NCBI GenBank assembly: GCA_030390025.1
Contig: CM059432.1
Location: 39,000,001 to 39,064,000, forward strand
From: Squalus acanthias
Lineage: Eukaryota
Length of the DNA: 64,000 nucleotides
Direction: 5' to 3'
Part shown: piece by piece, positions 1 to 12,809 of the stretch
How the letters are laid out: each line of letters begins with the position of its first letter
Numbering within the stretch: position 1 is the first letter of the stretch
The notes under the pieces: generated by a model
Seen by the model: only the letters and a program-made list of their open reading frames with translations
What the model was told of the DNA's origin: nothing
The model's database searches: none
Program-made: the position numbers and the translations under genes

Positions 1-252
1 CCGAAGTTCCTGCGGGGGCAAACAAGAACGGCAGACACGGTACGTGATATCGCGCGCGATCCTTACCCCCGCGGCAAGCCTCTGAATCGAATTTCTAGGC
101 CGCTAATTGGGTCATGGGTTCCCACATGCTGGAACTCAATTGCCCAATTAGGTGAAAATTGCATCAATCTCCCACATCCAATTGCAGTCGGGTGGATAAC
201 ACGAAAAGTGGATAACACGACCCCAACCCGCCCCAGTATCAAAATACAGCCC
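1..252 (-). mobile_element. End of a MITE of the same family as 6914-7691
   Basis: About 95-252 is the reverse complement of about 6914-7070; ends in AAAATACAGCCC. Confidence 0.7.
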
Positions 253-255
253 TTT

Positions 256-985
256 GGGCGTGATCTTGCCAGCCCTGGGGAGGCGGGTACGGAGGCGTGA
301 CTGCCGGGAAAATGGCAGAATTTGGGGGTGGGTGCCCAGCCATCTTCCCAGGAGGCAGGTAGCTGTCCCACGCCGGGTCCCATCTCCTTGGAGGCGGGAA
401 AGAATTAAAGCCTATTAACTGCCTGTTAACAGGTAGTTAACAGGCAGAAAATAGGATTATCCCCTTTTTGCCCTCACAAGTGCGGGCTTCCCGAAGGCTC
501 CGAAACCCACCAGGTCAGTGAGGCGAGTAGTGGGTCTGCGGGGGTCGGGGGGGTGCAAAAGTGCGCTGTGAAGGTAAGTGATGGGTGCAAGTGTGGAGAG
601 GTGAGTATCTGCGGTAAGTGCAAAGTGTTAGTAAAAGTGTACTTACCTTTGTTTCTTCCTGCAGGCTTCAATCGGTGGGTATTCAGAGAGTCTCGCACCT
701 CAACGGTAGAGATAACAGATGGCCGTTGCATTCTCCAATGCAACAACCATCTCATTTCTGCAAAAGAAAGATGTTTGATGAGGTCTTGAAATTTTTGACA
801 GATGAAACGTCATACGTTGATGTTCTCAGTAACCGGCTTTCCCTTAATTGGCATGCTAAGCTGGGCTTAACAAGGTCAATCAAGGGAAAATAGTGTGGGT
901 TGGCCAGAAGTTGTTGGGGGCCGAACTGAAACCCGACAAGTGGGAGTCCCACCTCCAAAAGCTCCCCATTGGCAAAATCACCCCC
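256..985. mobile_element. Non-autonomous Harbinger-type MITE
   Basis: TIRs GGGCGTGATCTTGCC / GGCAAAATCACCCCC; 3-bp TSD TTT; abuts CR1 RT sequence. Confidence 0.75.
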
Positions 986-2630
986 TTTGTGTTCTCCTCA
1001 CAGCTTACTGTCCCACCTAGCTTTGTATTGTCAGCAAACTTGGATACATTACACTCAGTCCCTTCATCTAGGTCATTAATATATATTGTAAATAGCTGAG
1101 GCCCCAACACTGATCCTTGCGGCACCCCACTAGTTACAGCCTGCCAACCTGAAAAAGACCCGTTTATCCCTACTCTCTGTTTTCTGTCCATTAGCCAATC
1201 CTCTATCCATGCTACTATACTACCCCCAACCCCATGAGCCCTTATCTTGTGTAATAACCTTTTATGTGGCACCTTATCAAATGCCTTTTGGAAATCCAAA
1301 TATATTACATCCACTGGTTCCCCTTTATCTACCCTGCTATTTACATCCTCAAAAAACTCTAATAAATTTGTCAAACAAAATTTCCCTTTCATAAAACCAT
1401 GTTGACTCTGCCTAATCATGTTATGATTTTCTAAGTGCCCTGATACCACTTCCTTAACAATGGATTCCAGCATTTTCCCGATGACTGATGTCAGGCTAAC
1501 TGGCCTGTAGTTCCCTGTTTTCTCTCTCCCTCCTTTCTTGAATAGCAGTGTTACATTTGCTACCTTCCAATCCGCTGGGACCGTTCTAGAATCTAGGGAA
1601 TTTTGGAAGATAAAAACCAATGCATTCACTATTTCTGCAGCCACCTCTTTTAGAACCCTAGGATGTAAGCCATCAGGTCCAGGGGATTTGTCGGCTTTTA
1701 GTCCCATTAGTTTCTCGAGTACTTTTTCTCTACTTATATTAATTCTTCTCTTCTTACTTCTTAAGCAGTCCCTCGGAACCGAGGATGACTTGCTTCCACA
1801 TTAAAAATGAGTTCTCAGGTGACTGATGAGTCCAATGCGGGACCTACAGTCTCTGTCACAGGTGGGGCAGACGCTGGTTGAAGGGGCGGGTGGGTGGGGT
1901 GCTTGGGTTGACGTACGCTCCTTCCGCTGCTTGCACTTGGCTTCCGCTTGCTCCCGGCGAAGAGACTCGAGGTATTCGGTGCCTTCCCGGATGCTTCTCC
2001 TCCACTTTGTGCGGTCTTGGGCCAGGGATTACCAGGTGTTGGTGGGGATGTTGCACTTTTTCAAGGAGGCTTTGAGGGTGTCCTTGAAGCTTTTCCTCTG
2101 CCCACCTGGGGCTCTCTTGCCACGTCGGAGCTCCGAGTAGAGCGCTTGTTTTGGGAGTCTCGTATCGGGCATGCGGACGATGTGACCCGTCCATCGGAGC
2201 TGATCGAGCGTGGTCAAAGCTTCGATGCTGGGGATGTTGGCCTGAGCGAGAATACTGACATTGGTGCGCCTATCCTGCCAATGGATTTGCAGGATCTTGC
2301 GGAGGCAGCGTTGGTGGTATCTCTCCAGTGCTTTGAGGTGCCTGCTGTACATGGTCCATGTCTCTGAGGCATACAGGAGAGCGGGTATTTCTACTGCTCT
2401 GTAGACCATGAGCTTGGTGCCGGGTTTGAGGTCCTGGTCTTCAAACACTCTCTTCCTCAGGTGACCGAAGGCTGCACTGGCACACTGAAGGCAGTGTTGG
2501 ACTTCATCATCGACGTCTGCCCTTGTTGACAGTAGGCTCCCGAGGTATATTAATTACGTTAAGTTCCTCACACTCATTAGACCCTTGGTTCCCCACCATT
2601 TTTGGTATGGTTTTTGCGTCTTCTACTGGC
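986..2630 (-). mobile_element. CR1 LINE ORF2 fragment (RT), interrupted by an RTE insertion
   Basis: ORF 880-1707: [47 protein letters not shown]. Confidence 0.92.
1745..2545 (-). mobile_element. 5'-truncated RTE-clade LINE (BovB/Expander-like)
   Basis: ORF 2029-2448 LLYASETW...LRWTGHIVRMPDTRLPKQALYSEL..GKR..GGQRK; 10-bp TSD TATATTAATT (1735-1744, 2546-2555); short (AAG)-rich tail. Confidence 0.88.
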
Positions 2631-2934
2631 CTCACATTCAAATCAGGCCCTGCCATTAAAGTTGGCAGGGCCTGTGGGAAACCCGGTCTCCCATGTTTCC
2701 CGCTTGCCTCGGAAGCCCCCTGCCCCCAACCCGCCTACCTGGGGAAAATTCCGGGCCTAGGTGTATTTCAAGTATAAGATGAAATTTAGCAACATCTTAG
2801 AAAGTTGGTTGATGAACAGGAAACAAAGTGCTCGGATAAATCAGTGTTGCTCAGACTGGAGAAGAGTTGGCAGTTATGTATCTCAGGAGTCATTGCTGGG
2901 TTGAATTTTGTTCTCTGTATATATAGATGATTGC

Positions 2935-3715
2935 CCTACTCCCTTCCAACTACACTTCCTTCTGCATTCACTTCTGGAAAAATCTTGCTCCCAAGTACTT
3001 ACAATTGCACTTTCAAGCTGTCAGCATCCTAAGCTTTGGCCTTCCATTCACCACAAACTTCTACAGCTGTTAATCTGCTCAACCATTTCCTCACGTCTAC
3101 CTTTTATGCCCCAGTAAAACATTTACTCTCTCCCATCCTGGTCATTCCCCTTGGTAGGGCCCCATTTTTGCTCCATCAAGTCCAAGGGACACAGAGTTGA
3201 GCATATCTAGCACACAACTGGTTTAGTGATCCATTATCAGATCTGACTGAACCACATCAAGTGCTACTGGGCCTTAGTCTCCTCTACTAAAGCTGTCCAC
3301 TACTCCATGATCAGCTGGAGAACAAAGATAACCTCCAGCTAATTTTCTCCACTACCGACCCTCTTGCAACTTTGGTGTCCTATTTGACCCCGAACTGAGC
3401 TTCTGACCTTAAATCCTCTTCATCAATAAGACTGCCTACTTCCACCTCTGTAATCTTGCCCTCCTCTGCCCCTGCCTCAGCCCATCTGCTGCTGAAACCC
3501 TCAGCCATTCCTTTACCACCTCGAGACTCAAGTATTGAAATGCTCTCCTGGCCCTCCTCCCGTCCTCCATGCTGTATAAACTTCAGCTCATTTAAAACTC
3601 TGCTGTTTGTATCCTATCTCAAACTAATTCCCACTCACCCATCACTTCTGTCCTTACTGACTTACATTGGCTCCCAGTCCCCCAATGCCTCTAATTTAAA
3701 ATTATTTTCCCCATG
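2935..3715 (+). mobile_element. Degenerate L2-like LINE fragment
   Basis: C/T-rich; ctgctgaaaccctc...ctcgagactc...tacattggctccc resembles the L2 RT C-terminus. Confidence 0.55.
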
Positions 3716-3812
3716 TTCAGGGACAGATTAACAGACAGGCCTATGGGACTTTTATCCAGGAACCCCAGCCAAATATGGGGCCTCCAGTAAAACTCACCAT
3801 AACACAGGGGAG

Positions 3813-6165
3813 GTGTTGTGTAATGAGGAAGGACTAATCAGCAATCTTGTGGTACGAGGCCCCCTGGGGAAGAGTGACCATAGTATGGTGGAGTTCTACA
3901 TTAGGATGGAGAAGGAAACAGTTAAGTCAGAGACCATGGTCCAGAACTTAAATAAGGGCAACTTTGATGGTATGAGGCGTGAATTGGCGAGGTTAAATTG
4001 GCAAGCGATATTTAAGGGGCTATCAGTGGAAGGGCAATGGCAGACATTTAGAGATCGCATGGATGAACTACAACAATTGTACATCCCGGTCTAGCGTAAA
4101 AATAAAAAAGGGAAGGTGGCTCAACCATGGCTAACAAGGGAAATCAGGGATAGTATTAAAACCAAGGAAGTTGCATACAAATTGGCCAGAAGTAGCAGCA
4201 AACCCGGGGACTGGGAGAACTTCAAAACTCAGCAAAGGAGGACGAAGGGTTTGATTAGGGCAGGGAAAATAAAATATGAAAGGAAGCTTGCAGAGAACAT
4301 TAAAATGGACTGCAAAAGCTTCTATAAATATGTAAAAAGAAAGAGGTTAGTAAAAACAAACGTAGGTCCTCTGCAGTCGGAAACAGGGCAAGTCGTAATG
4401 GGGAACAAGGAAATGTCAGATCAATTGAACAAGTACTTTGGTTCGGTGTTTACTGTGGAGGACACACACAACCTGCCGGAAATAAAAGGGGTCAGAGGAT
4501 CTGGTAAGAGGGAGGAGCTGAGGGAAATCCTTATTAGTCGGGAAAAGGTATTGGGGAAATTGATGGGACTGAAGGCTGAAAAATCCCCGGGGCCTGATGG
4601 TCTGCATCCCAGAGTACTTAAGGAGGTGGCCTTGGAAATAGTGGATGCATTGACGATCATTTTCCAACATTCCTTAGACTCTGGATCAGTTCCGATGGAG
4701 TGGAGGGTGGCCAATGTAACCCCTCTTTTTAAAAAAGGAGGGAGGGAGAAAGCAGGGAATTATAGACCGGTCAGCCTGACATCGGTCGTGGGTAAAATGA
4801 TGGAAGCAATTATTAAAGATGTCATAACAGACCATTTGGAAAGTGGCGACATGATAGGTCCAAGTCAGCATGGATTTGTGAAAGGGAAATCATGCTTGAC
4901 AAATCTTCTGGAATTTTTTGAGGATGTTTCCAATAGGGTGGACAGGGGGGAAACAGTAGATGTGGTGTATTTGGACTTTCAGAAGGCCTTCGACAAGGTC
5001 CCACACAAGAGATTGGTGAGCAAAGTTAAAGCACATGGGATTGGGGGTAATGTGTTGACGTGGATTGAGAACTGGTTGGCACACAGGAAACAAAGAGTAG
5101 GAGTAAATGGGTACTTTTCAGAATGGCAGGCAGTGACCAGCGGGGTACCGCAGGGTTCGGTGCTGGGACCCCAGCTGTTTACATTATATATTAATGATTT
5201 GGACGAAGGGATTAAATGTAATATCTCCAAATTTGCGGATGACACTAAATTGGGAGGCAGTGTGAACAATGAGGAGGATGCTAGGAGGCTACAGAGTGAC
5301 TTGGACAGGTTGGGTGAATGGGCAAATGTATGGCAGATGAAGTACAATGTGGATAAATGTGAGGTTATCCACTTTGGTGGTAAAAATAGAGAGGCGGACT
5401 ATTACCTGAATGGTGGCAGATTAGGGAAAGGGGAGGTGCAACGAGACCTGGGCGTCATGGTACATCAGTCACTGAAGGTGGGAATGCAAGTGCAGCAGGC
5501 AGTCAAGAAAGCAAACGGAATGATGGCCTTCATAGTAAGGGGATTTGAGTACAGGAGTAGGGAGGTGATGCTGCAGTTGTACAGGGCCTTGGTGAGGCCA
5601 CACCTGGAGTATTGTGCGCAGTTTTGGTCTCCTAACTTAAGGAAGGACATTCTTGCTATTGAGGGAGTGCAGCGAAGGTTCACTAGATTGATTCCTGGGA
5701 TGGCCGGACTGACATATCAAGAAAGATTGGGTCAACTGAACTTGTATCCTCTGGAGTTCAGAAGAATGAGGGGGGATCTTATAGAGACATTTAAAATCCT
5801 GACTGGTTTAGACAAATTAGATGCGGGCAGAATGTTCCCAATGTTAGGGAAAACTAGAACCAGGGGTCACAGTCTAAGGATTAAGGGGAAGCCATTTAAG
5901 ACTGAGCTGAGGAGGAACTTCTTCACCCAGAGAGTGGTGAATCTATGGAATTCTCTTCCACAGAAGGTTGTTGAGGCCAGTTCGCTAAATATATTCAAAA
6001 GGGAGTTAGATATAACACTCACAACTAGGGGGATCAAGGGGTATGGCGAGAAAGCAGGAATGGGGTACTGAGGTAGCATGTTCAGCCATGAACGCATTGA
6101 ATGGCGGTGCAGGCTCGAAGGACCGAATGGTCTACTCCTGTACCTATTTTCTATGTTTCTATGTG
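3813..6165 (+). mobile_element. CR1 LINE, 5'-truncated, with a long open ORF2 (4116-6071, 651 aa) covering the whole RT
   Basis: PLGKSDH endonuclease end, one in-frame stop at 4092-4094, complete RT motifs (FADDTK), C-terminus NFFTQRVVNLWNSLP, 3' UTR and (TTCTATGT) tail. Confidence 0.95.
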
Positions 6166-6184
6166 TGGGGGTTGCAGAGGGGTC

Positions 6185-6590
6185 CGAATTTTCTTGGTGC
6201 TCAGGATCCCAAGAATTCGTAATCCGGCTCTGCTCCTGTTTAAATCCCTTCATAGTTTGCCCCTCCCGATCTCTGTAACCTCCACCCACCCTACAACCTT
6301 CCACAGAACTTTTTGTTCCTCCGACTCTGGCCTCTTGTTCATCCTCTTCCCTTTGCCCCAGCATTGGTAGCCCTGCCTTCAACCATATAGCCCCACCCTC
6401 TAAAATTCTCTGTTTCTCTATCTCTCTCTTCCTTGTTGACCATCAATATCTTTGACAAAGCTTTTAGTCACCCCTTCTAATATCTACTTATTTGGCTCAG
6501 CATCTATTTTTGTCTGGTTTTGCCTCTGTAAAGTGTCTTGGGACATTTTTCTACATTAACAGCACTACATCAATGCAAGTTGTTGTTGTT
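6185..6590 (+). mobile_element. L2-like LINE 3' end
   Basis: Ends tgtaaagtgtcttgggacatt...aatgcaagttgttgttg, typical of L2-type tails. Confidence 0.55.
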
Positions 6591-6599
6591 CTTATTGAT

Positions 6600-7191
6600 T
6601 TGGATTTGGATGTAAGCAACACAATCTTGAAATTTGCTGACAAGACAATAGTGAGGAGGACTGTTAAAGATTTTAAAAAGACATAGGCCAGCTGAATGGG
6701 CAGAGAGGTGGCAGATACAACTTAATATGGATAAGTGTGAGGTAATACATTTTGAGAGAAAAGAAACAAGGGATAGGAGTGTACACAAATTGGAAAAACA
6801 CTGATGGGTGTGGATGAACTGAGAGAGAGACCTAAAGGTTCAAATACATATGAAAGCGTGAGTGCAGGTAGATGAAGTCATAAAAACGGTCAATTTTTAT
6901 AAATAGAGATACAGGGCTGGATTTTGTCTTGGGGTCGGGTTGGGGTCGTGTTACCCGCATTTCGTGTTGCCCCCCCGACTCCAGATTAATGTGGATGAAT
7001 GATGCAATTTTCACTTAATTGGGCAATTGAGTTCCAGCATGTGGGAATCCATGAACCAATTAATGGTTTCAGTCTGAAAGTCACCTCTGATGATATCATC
7101 ATTGCAGGGACCATCATTGCAGAGACTGCCTGGTCTCAGAGATTGCCTGGCCTTTGCTGTGAGAGGGACCTGGATGTAAAATGAGCAGCAT

Positions 7192-7227
<36 letters not shown>

Positions 7228-8265
7228 AATGTTTTTGCAACTAAGTCCTCCAAGGCAGTCTCTGAAGACATTCAATGCAGCAGCATCAGAGGGGACTTTC
7301 AGACCTAATACTAATACTACCTTCATCACAATACTACTACTACCTTCATCACATCTCCGTTGTAATAGTCGACCTGCAGCTGATAGTCAGCTATCCACTT
7401 GTGCTCCCGCCAGGTTTCACTGGCGTGTTTCACATCAGGCATACTTCACGTCGGAAAAGGGTTAAACTAGCTAAAACGTTTCAAAATGGCATTACAGAGC
7501 CAATTTAGGGCTTGTTAAGGGCTTTAATGGCCTCTCCCGCCTCTTGGAGGCGGGACGGAGTCGGGAACCCCGCGACCGATTTTGTCAAAATTGCGTGGAG
7601 GCGGAATGGAGTCGGGACCCCTGAATCTGCAACTTTAACCCCCCCCCCACGCCTCCAAACCCGACTCCACGGGTCATTGAAAATCCAGCCCACAGAGTAC
7701 AAAAGTAAAGAAGTAATGATAAACTTATGCAAAATATTGTTTAGGCCACAGAATACTGTGTACAGTTTTTGGCACCCCATGATAGAAAGGATAGTAAAGA
7801 CATAGAGAGCCTATCACATAGATTCACCAGGTTGAAGTTTGGGATGGGAAACTATTGTTTTGAGGAATGTCTTGAGATTTGGGACTATTTTCATTGGAGT
7901 AGAGCAGGTTAAGAGGTTATTTATTAGAGTTTTAAATTGATGAAGAATTTTGGTAGTGAATAGAAATGACTAATTCCTCTGGTTGAGAAGTTAGTGATAA
8001 GAGGTCATCAATTTAAAATTATCATTAGGAGAGTAAGGAGAGAGGTTAGGAGATATTTTTTTCAGACAGAGATTTATTGAAGCACGGGATGTTTTGCCAG
8101 AGGAAGTGGTTGAGACAAATGCCTTTGAAGCAGAGGAACATATAAGAGTATGGAGAGAGAGAGAGCAGGACAGTGGGAGTATTTTCAATTGTCCTAATAA
8201 AGAGCCAAGAGTGGGATGAAGGGTCTACTTCTGTGCTGTAAACTGATATAATTCTATGGTTCATA
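6600..8265 (+). mobile_element. Old CR1 fragment split by the MITE at 6914-7691
   Basis: aaatttgctgac, aagtgtgaggtaatacatttt, gagtacaaaagtaaagaag and the 3' tail. Confidence 0.7.
6914..7691 (+). mobile_element. Harbinger-type MITE
   Basis: TIRs GGGCTGGATTTT / AAAATCCAGCCC; TSD ACA; contains a (GA)n tract near 7193-7222. Confidence 0.85.
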
Positions 8266-8304
8266 CTGTGCAGTAGAATTGGCCTGCTAACCAGGAAGAG
8301 TTAT

Positions 8305-8790
8305 CTCATAAGACCATAAGAACATAAGAAATAGGAGCAGGAGTAGGCCATACGGCCCCTCGAGCCTGCTCCGCCATTCAATAAGATCATGGTAGAACTT
8401 CTACATCAACTCCACTTTCCCGTCCTACCCCCATATCCCATGATTCCCTTATGCCCAAAAATCTATCGATCTCAGCCTTGAATATACTCAACGACTGAGC
8501 ATCCACAGCCCTTTGGGGTAGAGAATTCTAAAGATTCACAACCCTCTGAGTGAAGAAATTTCTCTTCATCTCAGTGCTAAATGGCCGCCCCCTTATCCTG
8601 AGCCTATGCCCCCTAGTTCTAGACTCCCCAGCCAGGAGAACTAATATCTCAGCATCTACCCAGTCAAGCCCTCTAAGAATTTTATACATTTCAATGAGAT
8701 CACCTCTCATTCTTCTAAACTCCAGAGAATATAGGTCCATTCTACTCAATCTCTCCTCATAGGAAGCCCTCTCATCCCAGGAATCAATCA
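8305..8790 (-). mobile_element. CR1 3' fragment
   Basis: ORF 8528-8797 YEERL..LYSLEFRRMRGDLIE..NFFTQRVVNL; (CATAAGAA) tail on +. Confidence 0.9.
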
Positions 8791-10037
8791 ATCTCACAAC
8801 ATAATTCTACCGCCCTGCTTTTTGTGCCATTAGTATAACTGATATGACTTTAGATTAGAAAATTCTTGCATTTTGTTATCTTTAATTGTGCCTCAAATCT
8901 ACATTTGTGGACTACACTTGAATCTTAATTATTTGAGCTTACTGAATCAAAGGTTTTTACTCAGGGGGGAAATGAGATAATTGTCATCTCCATTTCAATT
9001 TCCAACGGCTAACATTGCTAGCTCAGTTAAACTATATCTTGTTACATGACCTCCTCTGTATGCTTTGTTTCACATAATGCACATAGAGATTTCAAGGCCC
9101 GGTGTTATCAGATTTTTTTTGCTTGCAAGGAAGAAAATCACATTTGTAAACAGTTCACTTTGACAACATCCTCAGCTATTCCAACAATTGTATTTGTATT
9201 GACTCCCCAAAGTGGTAGAGAGATGACTCAAGGCTATAGGATGTTTACCACCTTCTTTCCGTGATATGGTGATCAAATGTGTTAAAATGCAGATTCTTGA
9301 TAATAAGCATCTAAAACTTTTTAAGTGAATATTTCAGTTATGGAAATTTTTTCAAGTGATTTCTGAATGTTGTGTAAAGGTATTTTCTACTGCACAATCG
9401 TGGAAAGGATAAGGACCTTTCTCTTTATATTGAAATCAATTAAATACATTTTTTTTAGGAACTGAAGCATTTTAATCAGTAAATGGCAAATGCATTAGAC
9501 TCTATTTTCTTAGCTGAGCATAAAATGTGACTGGAAAAATTAAAGTCTGGAAATGATTATTGGTGATACTATTATAGAGGCACTTAAAGCACACATATTA
9601 AATTCCTCTCTGTGCTACTTTAGCAGAGGAGTATTCCACTTTGGGTGACACCCCTCCCCCTTAAAATTGAGCAGAGAGGAATTTGATACGAGTCTGTTAA
9701 GTGTGTGTTCGATAACATAGACAATAATAATTTTCAGCCTAATGTGTGAATTCATCATATTCTGCAGAACTGCATGGAAAGCTAATGAATATCGGACCTG
9801 GTCGAAGAATTTTGCCTCAGTACCAGAAGTATTAACCTGTCCTGCTGAGACTGAGTTAAATGGAATGTTACTAAAAACTTAAGAGATGATTTTAATCCGC
9901 TGTGCCAGATGAGAACAGGGCATGCGGGGGGGGGCTTAGATAGAGGCAGTGTTCTCCACTCTGGCTTGCTGCCGCACACACGCCGACCGCTATTTTAGCG
10001 CCCTAGTTTCGGGAGGCGTGTGAGGCTCTCGCTGTAG

Positions 10038-10738
10038 GCTGAAGGTAAGCATGCAGGTGCAGCAGGCAGTTAAGAAGGCAAATGGTATGTTGGCCTTCAT
10101 AGCGAGAGGATTCGAGTACAGGAGCAAGGATGTCTTGCTGCAGTTGTACAGGGTCTTGGTGAGACCACACCTTGAGTATTGTGTGCAGTTTTGGTCACCT
10201 TATCTGAGGAAGGATGTTCTTGCCATGGAGGGAGTGCAGCGAAGATTCACCAGACTGATACCTGGGATGGCAGGAATGACGTATGAAGAGAGATTGGGTC
10301 GAATAGGCTTATATTCGCCAGAGTTTAGAAGAATGAGAGGGGATCTCATTGAAACTTATAAAATTCTAACAGGACTAGACAGACTAGATGCAGGGAGGAT
10401 GTTCCCGATGGCGGGGGAGTCCAGAACCAGGGGTCAAAGTCTAAGGATAAGGGGTAAGCCATTTAGGACTGAGATGAGGAGGAATTTCTTCACCCAGAGA
10501 GTGGTGAACCTGTGGAATTCTCTACCACAGAAGGCAGTTGAGGCCAATTCATTAAATATATTCAAGAAGGAGTTAGATATATTTCTTAAGGCTAAAGGAA
10601 TCAAGGGATATGGGGAGAAAGCAGGGACAGGGTACTGAATTTGGATGATCAGCCATGATCTCATTAAATGGCGGAACAGGCTCGAGGGGCCGAATGGCCT
10701 ACTCCTGCTCCTATCTTCTCTGTTTCTATGTTTCTATG
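10038..10738 (+). mobile_element. CR1 3' fragment
   Basis: ORF 10051-10638 and TTCTATGT tail. Confidence 0.92.
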
Positions 10739-12077
10739 GCAGGCGAGGGCCTTATTAAAATACAAAAAGTCGGCGTCTGTTGACGTAATTCAGACCCCGA
10801 GGCCATTTTAATGCACAGTTGCATGTTCAGCACCTGATGCTGGTCTTGACAGGAACACAGGGCGCCAGCAGGCCCAGAAGAGGGCTGAGAAGTTAGGTTA
10901 ATTTAATTTTTTTATGGTTTCCTTGCGGGCCAGGAGGAGCAGGAGTGCGCGCTCCAATTTCTAGGCCATTATTTCTGCAGCTTTCAGCGTGCAGTTTTTC
11001 AAAAATTCTCCCTCAGAAAATAGATTTGACGACATTTCAGCTATTTAACAGGCAGTCACATAGCTCACCTTAGCAGCAGTATAACGTACATAGCGTGCAT
11101 CAGTAAACAGAGATTGCTGCTTTTCAACGATTGTGCTAATTCAGAAAATTTATCTTTCCATAACTTTCCTGTGTACTTACCATATTTCTCAACGCGTTTT
11201 GTTTCATAGTGTCTTCAAACATTATATTCTTTCACCACAGCTATCTGTGGCATACAAATCAAGCACGAGGGCTTTCCATTCATGTCCACAAAGAAATACA
11301 AAATGAATTTCATTATTCATGTAAATATTCTGGTAATTTTCCCAATTGGCACCAAATGTGTTCTGGGATACAAACTGCACAGTTTAAGGTGGGGGGGGGG
11401 GGGGGGGGGATACAAAAGTTAAAGCGATGACTATTGACACAGCTTCAATAACAATTATTTTTGTTTTTGGAAAGACCCTAGATTTTCTTTTGTAACAAAG
11501 GCACTGAAGCTGGTAGTAATTGTTTTTTTTTTGGTCTCCCTCTCCAATCCCATCTTTCAGCTGTTCCCCTTTGCCAGTCAGACCCTACACCACAGTCAAT
11601 GGAGTCACAATAATTGTGTAGTTGTAACACAATAACTGATAAATCAGCATTTTTTTTTTCAAGCTACAGAGTTCAACTCCAGCATTCTGTATATTAATTA
11701 TTTGTTGAGTTTCTGCTTCTATCTCTCTCTCTGGATTCTGTTTCAAAGAGTGGGCTTAATGGGCTACTAGGCCCAAGTCACTTTAGCTCAGCACATGGAT
11801 GGTCTTACTTTACCAACTCACCATTTCCTTATCTTATTCTTCCAAATCAAACAAAAAAGGGAAGTGTCTGGGAGTGTAGTGTGCTGCTACTCTTACATAC
11901 TGTACAACACCTTGCTACTTAACTCTACTGTGGGATCTAGATTTTTACCACCTACTCCAAAAGCAATTTACATCAGGAACTAACAGGACAACAATGCAGA
12001 ACCAAGGCTACTTTGACATTCTAAACAGGCAGATTGACATACGGAGGAGATAAAAATCAAATTTATTCACCACATTA

Positions 12078-12809
12078 GGGGGGAAAAATTCGGTTGCTTT
12101 GTGCCTCCAGTTAGCGCCCTAAGCGCTAACGGGGCGCAAAGCAACTAGCGCCCGGTGCGTGGTGCTGCCAACGCCTCCCGCGAAATTCAGCGGGAGGTTA
12201 GCGGCGGCACTAACCATTAGCGCCCCGTGGTGCTGTGCCGCCGGCGATGTGCCACTGGCGATGACGTTATCGCCGTGTGCAGTGCCCCGCTCGCGCCCCG
12301 GCCGCGATTTTCGGTAGCGCCCCCTGACTTATCGCCGGAATGCTATGCAGCCGGGGTGGCGCTATTTAAAGGCGAGGTGCCGGGCGGCCATTTTTGTTGC
12401 TGGCCGCCTGCCAGCACCTGCCTCCGCTCCCGTCTCTGGCCTCCTGACCCGCACCCCCGTGGAGTGCCGGCTGCACTCCATGAGTCCGGCACTTCTCTTG
12501 AGTGCAGGCTGTTTTGCCGGCACTCCAATCCCCGGTGGCCCAGCTGGGCCCTGGGTTGCGCTGTGCAAGGCCCCTCCTCTTTAAGAAGGGGAGGAAGGCC
12601 TGCAATACCGTGGCGCTGCGGCACGTAGCGCCGCAATATTCCCTCGCAGCGTCCCAAGAGGGAGGCGGGGCGCTTCCAATAGTGCCCCGCTTCCCTCTTG
12701 GGGCACTATCACTCAATTTCAGCCGCGGGGGTGCTAATTTTTCCGGGCGCTAAAAGTAGCGCCCCTGGCGAAGTTAGCGCCCCAAAGGGGGCGCGACTCA
12801 ATTTCTCCC
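12078..12809 (+). mobile_element. Harbinger MITE related to the 36176-49766 element
   Basis: Ends GGGGGAAAAATT / AATTTCTCCC; dense TAGCGCC/GGCGCTA subterminal motifs; gctatttaaagg core shared; TSD imperfect. Confidence 0.75.

Noticed and set aside
4416..5683. Antisense ORFs over CR1 (also at 20876-21500, 53615-54239, 60778-61299)
   Set aside because: Recurrent shadow frames of CR1 ORF2, not independent genes.
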